Assembly: GCA_025201805.1 (NCBI GenBank)
Contig: MU619324.1
Location: forward strand, 39,834-103,681
From: Parasitella parasitica NRRL 2501
Lineage: Eukaryota; Fungi; Mucoromycota
Direction: 5' to 3'
Length of the DNA: 63,848 nucleotides
The notes beneath the pieces were generated by a model. That model was not told the DNA's origin, searched no databases, and worked only from the letters and a program-made list of their open reading frames with translations. Both the position numbers and the translations under genes were made by a program. The first letter of the stretch is position 1, and each line of letters begins with the position of its first letter. Shown here piece after piece: positions 1-11,658 of this stretch.

Positions 1-1288
1 TGGAACTTTGGCATTGATGTAGCGTTTGGTACTTCAGTTAAACGTAGATTGGCCAAAGATAAGCCTCTTCGAGTTGATGAAATTTTGGGTCAAAGGTCTG
101 CGCTGCCTGCTGTCAAATCAAAGAAGAACGCTTTCAAAAAACCTGAGATGACTGACAAGGTTGTTTCTAAACACGAATTAAAGGCATTGAAGCGTAAGAT
201 TGATAACAATGCACCACTTGCTCCTAAAAAGAAAGCAAAGAAGGCTGCTAATTCTGCTAAATCGTTCGATCTTTGGGATGAAAGTAAGGTTTTACCCTGG
301 TAATTGCGCATGTGCTTGAATTAAATTGTGCCTCATATGTAGCACCCGTTGAAGAAGCACCTGTCAACGATTTTTTACCGGTAAAGGCTAAGTTAAAAGT
401 ACCCAAGACTGTAACAGTCAAACCCACAGCATTAGAACATATCCCCGCTGTTGCTACACCTGAAGGCGGCCATTCTTATAACCCCTCTCTGGAGGAGCAT
501 CAACAATTGCTTGCTAAAGCCAATGATGCTGAAGAAAGAAAACTTGAAATCCTGAAAAAACTCCAAGAGCAACTTAGTTATCGTGAAGAATTGAAGCAAC
601 TGGCCAGTGAGCTATCTACATCTGAGATCACAGCTGATGGTAAAATTGTGTCTACTCAAGTCGACGATGAAGAAGAGGAAAACAATGAACTGGGCGATTC
701 ACCCACAGACGATAAAATCACCAAGAAGCGGAACACAGCTGAACGCAAAACTCGTCAGCAACGTCAAAAATCACATAGATTGGCTGTAGCCGAATTAGAA
801 AAGAAGCAAAAGTTGCAAGAGAAAGCAATTCGTCAACAAATTGATAAGCTCCGGAACATTGAACAAGAAATTGCTCAAAGAGCTGACGAATTGGACGATT
901 TGGCTGACAAAAGAGGTGAACGCAGAAGTGAAGAGGGCAAGAAGGGGTTAAAGAGGTTGGGTAAATACACAGTTCTGGAGCTACCGGTGGATGTTCAATT
1001 AACGGAAGAACTGTGCGAAACTCTTCGTCAATTAAAGGTAAATCTCGTGTCTTGTAGTGCTACTGATTGAAATAAGCTAAACCCAGTCTATTCTTCTAGC
1101 CTGAAGGAAATATGTTCCGTGATCGATTCAATAGCTTCCAAAAACGCAATATTATTGAGCCTAGAATACGTGTTAACCCAAGTAGACGTTACAAACTCAA
1201 GGAGTACGAACGAAGAGCGTATAAGAACTTTGATCAGGCCGAAGAAATCAAAAGAAAGAGAAAAGCCAATGCTGCAAAGAAACAATAA
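1..1288 (+). CDS. NOP53: Ribosome biogenesis protein Nop53/GLTSCR2 (5' end outside window; introns ~285-341 and 1038-1099)
   Basis: Spliced translation gives the conserved C-terminus VQLTEELCETLRQLK|PEGNMFRDRFNSFQKRNIIEPR and internal GHSYNPSLEEHQQLL; stop TAA at 1286-1288. Confidence 0.9.
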
Positions 1289-1350
1289 AAGCAATTTATT
1301 TATTTTTTAATTCGGTTACTAGTGAAAATAAAAAGCGTGAAATATGATTG

Positions 1351-2646
1351 TTAGCCGTTGATTGACATGGGAGATCTGCTAGGACTAGTAGAATAGAAGC
1401 AATACTTGTTGACTAGTTCCATATAAGATTGCGAGTTTAAATCCATAAATGAAGGGGATGAGGCCAATGGAGAGTGGCAGGATAAGCCAGTAGGAGAGGA
1501 AGATACGGCTCTTCTGATCGGAATAGGCATAGCAAATGTTTGTTTGTTGGTGAGTTGGGATGCAGATGATGATGTCTGTGTTTGGGTTTGTGCCGCTAAT
1601 GTTGTTGGTGATGGTATACTATGTGGAGCTTGACTGAAATCGTATCGAGATTTAAGTGCATTTTGGGATGCGATGGATAGTGATGATGATGCTGCTGTTG
1701 TAGATTTTGTAAGATTGGATAAAGCTAGTGATTTGGATGATTTCTTGCCAGCGTTGTTTGGCTTGCTGGTTATAAACTCAACTTGGTAGTTTCTGCCATC
1801 GTTGTTGTCCCAGTAATCCTCTGAACCTACTTTGTAATTGACGGCAAAGTACAAGGTAGCAGCGTTTGATGGTACGTGGATTTTAAAGGTAAAAATATCG
1901 CTCTTTTGAAAGCCTTCAAGATACGTCGCTTCAACATTATCAACAGTTTTCCAGTAATCAAATGAATGTCGGATTGTTACAGTCTTGTGGTAGCTCAAGT
2001 TGCGAACGGATACTTTGCCAATAATGAAATCATCATCTTGTAATCGGATTGTATTTTTGTCCACTCGTATGATTTTATTTTTTCGGTCGATGATGTCTGC
2101 CAGACGAGTGGGCCAGTTTGAACACTTGATGGAGTTTTTAATAGGATGCTCGTCTTCGTCAGAGGAACATGAGGAACTGCTGCTGCTATCACTGTCTTCA
2201 TCCGCTCTGTTGTCGGCCCAAAATATGTTCTTTTGACTGATGGCAAGTGGTGTTTGTGCTTTTCTAAATAAGCAAACATCCTCGAGATTTGTTGCGTGGA
2301 AACGAACTGATTTCAGTCCTATTGTAGGTGAGCAAGGTGCGGATGCACACTTTGGGTTCTTGAGCGATGATTTGAGGCGAAATTGCGGTAAATCAATCTT
2401 ATCTGCGCCATTTTTTGTAGATATAGAAGATGGAGGCGATGGAGGCAATTGTGTTGACGCTTTTGTTTCAATCTGGACTGAGCTTGGCAAAGATAAGGCA
2501 CTTGCTATCAATTGACGTGTATAATCACTGGGCTGTGGAGGCTGCAGCTGCTGCTTTTCTTCGTCTTGCATCAGCAGAGCATTGTAGTCCAGCAGGAGCG
2601 AAGATGACCTTCTGTTTAGAGAAACTCGTTTCTTGGTGGCATTCAT
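1351..2646 (-). CDS. Protein phosphatase 1 glycogen-targeting regulatory subunit with CBM21 domain (Gac1/PPP1R3-like)
   Basis: RVxF-type motif KSVRF and CBM21 motifs GKVSVRNLSYHKTVTIR, FDYWKT, YWDNNDGRNY; single exon. Confidence 0.88.
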   Translation of the reverse strand: MNATKKRVSLNRRSSSLLLDYNALLMQDEEKQQLQPPQPSDYTRQLIASALSLPSSVQIETKASTQLPPSPPSSISTKNGADKIDLPQFRLKSSLKNPKCASAPCSPTIGLKSVRFHATNLEDVCLFRKAQTPLAISQKNIFWADNRADEDSDSSSSSSCSSDEDEHPIKNSIKCSNWPTRLADIIDRKNKIIRVDKNTIRLQDDDFIIGKVSVRNLSYHKTVTIRHSFDYWKTVDNVEATYLEGFQKSDIFTFKIHVPSNAATLYFAVNYKVGSEDYWDNNDGRNYQVEFITSKPNNAGKKSSKSLALSNLTKSTTAASSSLSIASQNALKSRYDFSQAPHSIPSPTTLAAQTQTQTSSSASQLTNKQTFAMPIPIRRAVSSSPTGLSCHSPLASSPSFMDLNSQSYMELVNKYCFYSTSPSRSPMSING

Positions 2647-3235
2647 CTGCAAGTTGGGAATTGTGGGAGGAAGAAAAGAGAAAGGTTTGCAAGAAAAAGA
2701 AAGAAAAAAAGAAATTTCTTGTTACGGTCCCTTTTTATACAGCCAGAACGAAATTTAATATATATAAAATACATCATCTTCTCATCATAATGCTATGTAG
2801 AAGGCATACATTTCCTGGTTGGTGTAACAATATGTGCAATCAATTCTTTTTGCTTCCATTTTCCAGGCTGTTAGGGCTGCTGGCAGACTGTCAATTTGTA
2901 TATGTTTATTGTTATGGTTACATTGAATTTTGCCTCCAGAGAAATGATTTCTAATCAATTGATTTCACTTCTTTTTTTGCATTCTGGAGATGATCATCGC
3001 TTTCTTTAATAGATTTGCCTCCTTTCGAATCTCTCCTTTTTATGACAGTTGTGTCAAGGGTTATTAGTTATCAATTACCAAAATATACTCAGTTTCAAAT
3101 TTGTTACACATACAAACAGTATTGACTGACAATAACAAGAATAGCCGAATCTTCCCACACGAAAAAAACGAGGGAAACATTGCATTTTTATTATGTTTGG
3201 TCTTTTTTTTTATTTTTTTTTTCAATCAAGAATCA

Positions 3236-3422
3236 CTAAAAGAAAGAAGGTTGTTGTTGTTGGCCATAAGCTAGCTGGAAATTGCTTTGCTGTTGTTGCT
3301 GGGGTTGATAGCCTGTCATTTGAGTTTGGTGAAGGCCCCCGTTTTGACCCTGCTGGAATCCCGTCATTTGAGGCTGTTGATACCCAGTCATTTGTGCCTG
3401 CAATTGTTGCTGCTGCTGCTGC

Positions 3423-3459
<37 letters not shown>

Positions 3460-5540
3460 GCTGTTGCAGCTTTTGTTCTTGCATCATTTCTAATAAAGAC
3501 TTTTGTCCTGAGTGAGGCGATGTAGGCGTACCACTGGACGATGTGGCTGTTCCAAACGGATTACGGCTTGGCTGCTGTCCAAATGGCTGCATAAATTAAA
3601 AAAAAAAATGTTTATTCCGCATGCTTCATTGTGCATTGAAATTCTACTTACTTGAGAGAATGCTACATTTCGACTATTTGTTGGGCTGTCGGTTATGCTC
3701 AGAATATCATTATTCTGTGGCCTTAATGAATTTGCAAACCCTGTGCCACTAAATTAAAAAATAAAAAAATAAAACGTACATGTCTTTAGTGCAGCTTCGT
3801 GTTACTTCGATAAAATTACTAACTATGGGATTCGATGGTCACCAATGTTACCAAAACTATCAGATCCACTTCTATAATTGCATTGTTAATGAAGATCATG
3901 GAGTCATTATATGTAATATTGTATTACTCTCTATTGTCCAGTATATTATTCAATTTGCTATAATGTTCATTTTGAGGCGTTGCGGATGTTGGTGTGGATT
4001 GACTTGGGGTTTGCATAACCTAATAATATACAGACACTTTTAATGCACGAGCCATATCGTTAGACAAAAGGATTAATACCTGACTTGGCGTTCCGAACAT
4101 GCCATTGCCACTGACGCTTGCAGAATTATTATTCTGTGTTGCTGCAAACTGGCTAAATGGATTTCCGGTTATTTGCTGATGTTGTTGAGGCATTCCCGTC
4201 ATTTGTGCTTGCATTGAAGATGGTATGCCTGTCATTTGGGCCTGAAGGTTAAATTGATTAAAATTGTTTTGATAGGGGTTATTGAATCCATTGCTTTGTT
4301 GTTGAATAGGCTCTGAAAATGACATGCCCGTCAACCCAGTTGATTGGGGCCATTGCTGTAATTGCTGTTGCTGACCGTAAGGATTAGGCGACGAATCAAA
4401 GCTTTGGTTGGCAGGGAAAGGCTGGAAACTAAGGAAGGATAACAAATGTTGGGACCGAGAAAACTGTCAGTATATGCAACTTACGCTTGAGGGTTATTGT
4501 TGCTTACGGCGCTTGTACTACCGAACAGATTACTCTGGTTTTCCCGTTCCAATGCTTCGTTTTTCTTTCTTTCGGCCTCTCTTGCTTCCTGCTCGCTTTC
4601 GCGGAGAGCTCTTTCCAAATCCTCATCAGTGCTACATACATATGATATCAGTCAAGATTCATTTTATCTAGCCAAACTTGGTTACCCTTCGCCTCGCTTT
4701 CTAAATTCTTGCTCAGCCATACGCTTACTCTCTTCAATAGCTCTCTTTAAATCTTTGTCTTCATCCACATAACCAGGATGTTGATACACTTGGTGATCTT
4801 GTCCTCCAGTGCTACTTCCTTTACTTCCCCAAAGAACGTCATTCATATAATCTCCAACACCCGCCATTCTATCCTGCATTTGATGGCGAGAACGACGTTC
4901 TTCTTTTAATCGTTGATCATTCAACAATAAGCTTGTGATATCTTTGGCTTTTTGACGGACTGGAAGCAAAGTGGTACTAAGTATCTTTCGTTTTTTCATC
5001 AATCCTCTGCAACTTACCATTAAATCCCACATCTTTTCCAGTATCATCAAGATGCTGGAATTCCTTTAAAGTTTTTACGACGTAGATATTTTCTTTGGCA
5101 TAAAGCACTACATTTTCGGAGCCTACGTGCAAGCAATAGTCCAGTACAAGTAAGGCCTATTTTTCTATTCAGAATCCAACTGTGCCAACTCGATATTACG
5201 AATTGTATACCTTGAAAACATGACGCCAATTTTTACCCTTATCATTAAGTCTTCTGTCGATCATGTCCATAATTTCAATGAAATCTTGTCTGCAACCAAA
5301 ATTAAACATGTAATCTCGAGTGAGCATATATTCCACTTACTCATTGAAAGTTAATTGAGCAATTTCGTTCATTAAGGAGCCACTAGGACCCCAAGTATCG
5401 TTGGAAGTAGCTTCTCTTACTTTAATTTGGACGTCTGAAAATCCTTTGGCATAATTCTTACTGTTTATTTGATTAAAATCTATTATACACATACCCAACA
5501 AACCCACTTACATGCTTCTAACTACACCTTTTCCTGCCAT
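3236..5540 (-). CDS. Epsin (ENTH domain, UIM motifs, NPF and QxTG repeats), Ent1/Ent2-like, multi-exon
   Basis: N-terminal KNYAKGFSDVQIKVREATSNDTWGPSG, VRQKAKDITSLL, UIM DEDKDLKRAIEESK, NPF motifs, polyQ tail. Confidence 0.9.
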
Positions 5541-7593
5541 TATTGATAATATTAAAAAGGAAGAGAGAAAAAGGAAAAAATGGAATAAAGGAAATGGAAG
5601 CGGGAAAAATACTCAAATTGAAAGTTTCAAAAAAAGTCCTAGTTGTTGGCTCGTTCTGCATCTGTGTCTGTGGTACGATTTCTGAATGGCTTGACATAGC
5701 AGCCTATTTTAAATGTTTACGCATCAAGAGTCTCTGACTTGTTTCACAAGTTTACATTTGGGGCATAGTCTTTAGATAATGTAATGATGTTTTTATGTGT
5801 GAAATGATGATCTCTACATATACGTCTATTGTTAGCTTCCCAAACTTTATCTTTGTTTCATGCCACTTACGTAGAATTTGAGAGTCACTAGCATACCAGA
5901 CCAAATCTTTGCATTTGAAGTCGTCAATTATTGCATCCGATGTGAAGATCGCTAGGTATATGTGGTTTCGATCAGTATGTAGCAAGTATGCCATGAAATG
6001 TTATTTAAAAACAATGCTTTGAGAGCGCACAAGTAAATTCTTTTCCCTGGTAGGTGTGCGTATTATAAACACTTCAAGAAACTAACTCTTTCATAAATTG
6101 AGAAAAAATGTATTTTGTAATGAGTTTGTTTACTTATGGACAAGAGCATTATTTACTCATCAGCTTATGAGGAATTCAATGGAAAGGATATCTTTTGGTG
6201 CTATTTGCTGGATCAAAAAAGCGAAAAGGATAGTGTGATGTGGAAGTTTTATAATCAATTGTTATGAGCTTATTGTATTGCCCAAAAAAACTATCATTGA
6301 AGAATGGATACCTCTTCATCCCCTGGAATCTCTCCTGGTATTGCTAGCTTTAAAGGAGAAAAATCGATTTCGAGACAGAAAATGGTGCAGTTTGATGGAT
6401 AATTCCTATGCAGTTGCTAATCAAAATTTGATCATCGATGCAGGATCCAACACAAAAAGAAAAAACTTGGTATATATAAACCGGCTACTGCTTGCTATTA
6501 GGAGATATAGGCAGGTCATATATTTAGTAGCTTTTTAAGATAGTAATACATATACATACTTTTCAAGCTTTTTCTAAGACGGCCATCTTTATTACCAAGT
6601 TCTTTTGATAGACACATTGCTCAAATTCAAATAGCCCAGATCATGCCAGTGTGTTAATCAAGCTTGAAACAGACCATAATTTCATCTGTAGTTATAAAAC
6701 TTATATGTATTTTATAAATATGAAAATTACTGTTTTTTGCTGATGCCTTTATACACATCAATCTTTCATGGATAATAAACGCATTTTTATTTCCAGATTC
6801 GATTTCGGTTCTACGATTCTTCTGTCCTTCGGGGCCGCATCTCATGTACATTGGCACAAGCAAGGTCTCATGAGCAAAAGCTGGGAAATCGAAATTCAAC
6901 GCCGCCTTTCAGCTGGTCAAGGATTTTTTACCAACAATCAGTTGTATCAGATGATCATATACCTGTTTTATGCCACATTAAAGCAGGCCCTTTATCGTAG
7001 CCTACCAGCGTTTATATGCAATTTTAATTGTCTATCACCACATACTTCACATTACTTTATTGTATTTTGATAGCATCGTTTTCTCGTTGATGCAGCATAT
7101 TTTCACATTATTTTGATTGTATTTTGATAGTATCAACCCTTTGTTAATGCCACATAGTTTCATAGAATCTTCATAATTTATGAATATATATTATTTATTA
7201 TATAACGATGATGATAAAAAAAAAACTGCTTTTGCAAATAACTATGAATAAACACATCGCCCAAAGGAAATCAAGGAAATCGAGTTATGGTAATATAGCG
7301 AAAGTATGGTTTTATGATGATATAGCAGCCCCCCTACAAAACCATAGTAAAAAAACAGAGGGGATCATTCCTTTCGGTCAATACGAGATTTCGATTATTA
7401 TCGGAAATAGTAAAACTATGGATACGATCAACATATTGATGCGATGGAATGTTTGGTCGGCTCCATGTGTTTGCATCTTCTCAGAATATAAGGTGTGTTT
7501 TTTTTCGAAACAAGATGCTATAAGTATGACTTCAAATGTTATTTCTATGTAGCTTTATGGTCTGGTTAAAATAGATGCCACCTAATCATGACC

Positions 7594-8980
7594 ATCACCT
7601 TTTTCCATGCTTAAAAGCATAAATCTACAATCTCTGATATCTTTACAAACTATTAAGTGATAGTAGTACAATCTTCAGCCAAAATCTTCTTTTCTTGCAA
7701 CATTCTACAACATATTCGAGTTTTATGCACGTCTGACCATTTTTCAGATTTTGCTATGTTTGGACCCCAAACCTCATATTCGATTTTCAGTTTTCGACTT
7801 TGGGTCAACCTTCAGGGTCATTTTTAGGTACGGATTTGAGGTCCAAGGCAAATACACATCCAAGTACTGGTATGATAACTGTACCTCACTACGTCTTTCG
7901 ATTCTCGATATCTATCTTTGTTGTCGGGAAATTTCCAAAACTAAATTTTGCAGATTTTCCAAATTCTACAACATATGTTCTTATGACAAGTATTAGAATT
8001 TGCAATTAAATCATGTTTAATTTTCCAAGTAAAGTAATAAAGCATGGTTTGGCACATCTAATGGTAATAAACATGTTGTATTCAAGCTCGAATTCGACAA
8101 GCTAGGGCAAAATTTGTCTTTTTACGTTAAACTTTGTCCGCCTGCTTCTCAAAAAACCACTAAACCACTTTGACTTTAGTTATTATTAAAATCTTTGTAA
8201 AACTTGATTCTCTACCAGATGTATAAGTTTTTAGATAAATATGTCGAAAAAAATATATTTTCAAATGTTTTTAGCAGAGGCTTGATTTATTTTTGTAATT
8301 TTCAAAGCAAAAGATAGTATTTAAAGATACATGATATTGCAATATAAACATAGAGCTACAAGATAGCTACGGAATGGTTTTTGTTTGGTTAAAAAATGTC
8401 AATTTTTGAGCGAGATAATGGCAAAAAACAGTATGGTTTTTTTACCCTTTTGAATGGCTCCATTTTGGCCCTGTAAGTCTAGGGACGAAAAAATGTTGCT
8501 TGGTTTTGGTCGAGACAAAATTTTAATTTTTGGCAGAAATAATAAAGCTACAGTCATGAACAAAATATTGACGTGTAGATATTGACAAGATGGTTTGTTT
8601 GGTCAACTTTATAGAGCTGAATTTACTCAACATATGCTTGATTTTTTTCAAAAACTATCAAAAAGGGCGTTTTTTGAATATTTGAAAATTGGTAATAAGA
8701 AAATGTGTTTTTATAGCCTTGTAATCTATATGGTTGGATGCAGAATTTATTTATTGTTATAAAACATTTAGAGTTCATATCCGATATACCTATTACTTTC
8801 TTGAGATATCCAGCAATGAACTATGCAAAAAAAACTGCGAATCTGGTTTGGGCCAAATGGACACACAGTGCTGAGATTGAATCGATAGCTAAGATATTGC
8901 ATAATACGGGGTCAAAAGCCATTTTTGTATACCTTCATTTTTGGATGAAATAAATACCACCAAATCTGAAATATTACCAC
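7594..8980. repeat. One monomer of a ~1.48-kb AT-rich non-coding repeat; inverted copy of 44665-46156 with a 104-bp internal deletion
   Basis: Long near-identical stretches with the reverse complement of 44865-45990; the ORF track shows the same small ORFs (MQNLFIVIKHLE..., MLCLDPKPHIRFS...) at both places on opposite strands. Confidence 0.92.
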
Positions 8981-8996
8981 TTTTATGGATACAAAA

Positions 8997-9072
8997 AATA
9001 AGCTACACGTTATAATTGGACCTCTTGCAAGGTCTCAGGCTTATTCAAAGACTACATCCAGATCAGATCGCG
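8997..9072 (-). pseudogene. 76-bp fragment of unknown 'ORF X' family, homologous to 47192-47268
   Basis: aataagctacacgttataattggacctcttgcaagg...gatcagatcgcg aligns in the same orientation with aataagctacaagttgtaattgaatctcttgcaagg...gatcagatcgcg. Confidence 0.8.
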
Positions 9073-9946
9073 ATTCCAAATAATATTACAAGCGGTTTCT
9101 TGACACTGTAATACAGAATGTACTCTTCGCTTTGCTGATCGTTGCACAACGTTTTCAACATTTCTTTTTTTGCAGTTGTTGCAGACTTGACTGATGAGGT
9201 ATTCGTCTACCATTTGGACTGTAACACCACGATTTTCTTTACATTTTTGAAGAGCTTTTATGATAGTCTTTGTAGGTCCAGATCTTTTGCCTCTCATGGT
9301 AGGTGAAAATCTTCCATCTCCATAGGCAATGATGGTTTTATTTGCCTTAACTGATCCATCAAGTGGTGGAGGGCGGGAGTAAGAATTGTTGTTTCTCGCT
9401 GTTGTCTTCACATTGGTGGACGCACCTGTACGATATTTGATGCTATCATGAGTAAACATCTTGACTATTTCGCTGAAGGCTTTTTACTTCTTTCTATAAC
9501 ATCTAAACTTTAATTTTGAAGACCTATTGCATTTGGTTAACACATTTTTAAAATATGTACAAGAGTTTGCTACACTTACCAAAGGCCTCTGTTATAAAAT
9601 TTATACATTGTATCGTAGGATTGTATACGCTTTTCCGCAAGCAATCAAGAATTTTGAAACTTCTCCGATTTTAAAATGAATCCAGTTCTGTTATCATTCT
9701 ATGAGTGTTTGTGTGCTTCGCTTGATGAATTTTTCGAATGTGAGCTGCATAATTAAACCCACACAAGTGATAATACTCCTTTTGACTAAGTGATCTCACT
9801 CTACCAGCTTGGTCAACTATAGTAAAAACCGTGCTAATTCCAGGGTCTACCGCCCACACTTGGCACCCATTGTCAATATCTGTTTTCAGGTCAGATGGCT
9901 TTACGGGAAGAGAGTCTTTCTTCTTTTTTGCTGTAATTCTTGAACC
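9061..9946 (-). pseudogene. Fanzor (TnpB-like RuvC RNA-guided nuclease) pseudogene, C-terminal half; N-terminus lost in the assembly gap
   Basis: RuvC-I WAVDPG, IIAYGDGRF, RuvC-II VDEYLISQVCNNC, zinc finger VHSVLQCQETAC, RuvC-III IWNRD; GT-AG intron 9524-9579; frameshifts near 9670 and 9635 and an in-frame TAA near 9484; truncated just after NRD. Confidence 0.88.
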
Positions 9947-10656
9947 NNNNNNNNNNNNNNNNNNNNNNNNNNNNNNNNNNNNNNNNNNNNNNNNNNNNNN
10001 NNNNNNNNNNNNNNNNNNNNNNNNNNNNNNNNNNNNNNNNNNNNNNNNNNNNNNNNNNNNNNNNNNNNNNNNNNNNNNNNNNNNNNNNNNNNNNNNNNNN
10101 NNNNNNNNNNNNNNNNNNNNNNNNNNNNNNNNNNNNNNNNNNNNNNNNNNNNNNNNNNNNNNNNNNNNNNNNNNNNNNNNNNNNNNNNNNNNNNNNNNNN
10201 NNNNNNNNNNNNNNNNNNNNNNNNNNNNNNNNNNNNNNNNNNNNNNNNNNNNNNNNNNNNNNNNNNNNNNNNNNNNNNNNNNNNNNNNNNNNNNNNNNNN
10301 NNNNNNNNNNNNNNNNNNNNNNNNNNNNNNNNNNNNNNNNNNNNNNNNNNNNNNNNNNNNNNNNNNNNNNNNNNNNNNNNNNNNNNNNNNNNNNNNNNNN
10401 NNNNNNNNNNNNNNNNNNNNNNNNNNNNNNNNNNNNNNNNNNNNNNNNNNNNNNNNNNNNNNNNNNNNNNNNNNNNNNNNNNNNNNNNNNNNNNNNNNNN
10501 NNNNNNNNNNNNNNNNNNNNNNNNNNNNNNNNNNNNNNNNNNNNNNNNNNNNNNNNNNNNNNNNNNNNNNNNNNNNNNNNNNNNNNNNNNNNNNNNNNNN
10601 NNNNNNNNNNNNNNNNNNNNNNNNNNNNNNNNNNNNNNNNNNNNNNNNNNNNNNNN
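9947..10656. other. Assembly gap (710 N)
   Basis: Run of N; the long X-filled ORFs in the track are artefacts. Confidence 1.
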
Positions 10657-10891
10657 AAATATATAAATGTGGGTTGAATAAAAGTAGTGAGCACCAGCTC
10701 CTGTTTTGAAAGTAGAACGACTTTGCATAAAGAAGAAAAGAGAAGAGTAAAATAGTAAAAGAGAATACAATGGATGCAAGAGCCAAGGGAGTAATTCAAA
10801 GAGCTTCAGAGACAAAAGCAAGCAGAGTCAAGACAAAACATTTCCGGGTTGTAAAAAAAAGGGGGGGGGTGCTTTAAATGGCTTTTTGTTT

Positions 10892-10912
10892 AGCATCTCC
10901 ATTGGAGATGCT
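10892..10912. repeat. Palindrome AGCATCTCCA-T-TGGAGATGCT (10-bp arms)
   Basis: Directly visible inverted repeat with a 1-nt spacer, followed by CTAA. Confidence 0.8.
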
Positions 10913-11000
10913 CTAATCCATTCTTCCGACTACAAAATATAGTTGATCCATCAATAGTGACTCATGATTTAATATCGCATGGAATGATGATCGAAATATA

Positions 11001-11561
11001 ACATATGGATATTTTTTTTTTTTTTAAGTTTTGTTTATTGATTGATCCGCGTACAACAAGAGTAGAAGATCGAGTCGAAGAGGCGGGTGCAATTAAGAGA
11101 AAGCTGAGATAAGCGATAAGATAAAAGGAAAAAAAAGGTGAAATAATATGTTGAGAAATAAAATAATAAAAGTGAAAATAAAAAGGTAAAATACGATAGC
11201 ACGACAGTGCGATCAACTGACTACAAGAGTGAATGGCAACGATCCTCTTCAATGGTCTGTCGAACATTGGATCGGATAGAAACCATTATCGATGTAGGAA
11301 CAATGGGCACTTGGTCAAAAATATATCTTATATGAGCAAGCCATATCTGAGAGAGAGCTATGAGGAGGATTCTGTATGGAGATATTCCTTGATACTGGCA
11401 ATCCCAAATATTGGAAAAATCCAGAGACAGAAGAGCCTGTTTGATATCAGAGATGGATGTAATAGGCCACAGAAACTCAAAGATGACACCCTGCCATACC
11501 TGCTCCTTGGAGGGACAATGAAAGAGGAGATGAGTAGCAGAATCAAACACATATGGATATT
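11001..11561 (-). mobile_element. 5'-truncated L1-like non-LTR retrotransposon with poly(A) tail and 13-bp target-site duplication
   Basis: ORF 11221-11550 matches the ORF2 C-terminal Cys/His region (DSATHLLFHCPSK...W...IWLAHIRYIF); 3' UTR with AATAAA then poly(A) at ~11012-11025; TSD ACATATGGATATT at 11001-11013 and 11549-11561. Confidence 0.88.
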
Positions 11562-11567
11562 ATATCT

Positions 11568-11569
<2 letters not shown>

Positions 11570-11656
<87 letters not shown>
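11570..11656. repeat. 87-nt poly(A/T) tract
   Basis: Homopolymer; its length may be an assembly artefact. Confidence 0.9.

Positions 11657-11658
<2 letters not shown>

Noticed and set aside
7751-8953. Duplicated small proteins (MLCLDPKPH..., MQNLFIVIK...) also seen at 44792-45998
   Set aside because: They reflect the DNA repeat; the frames are not preserved in the diverged unit and no domain is recognisable.
9671-10821. Long ORFs of 245-371 aa spanning the gap
   Set aside because: Artefacts of translating N; only 9671-9946 is real (Fanzor) sequence.
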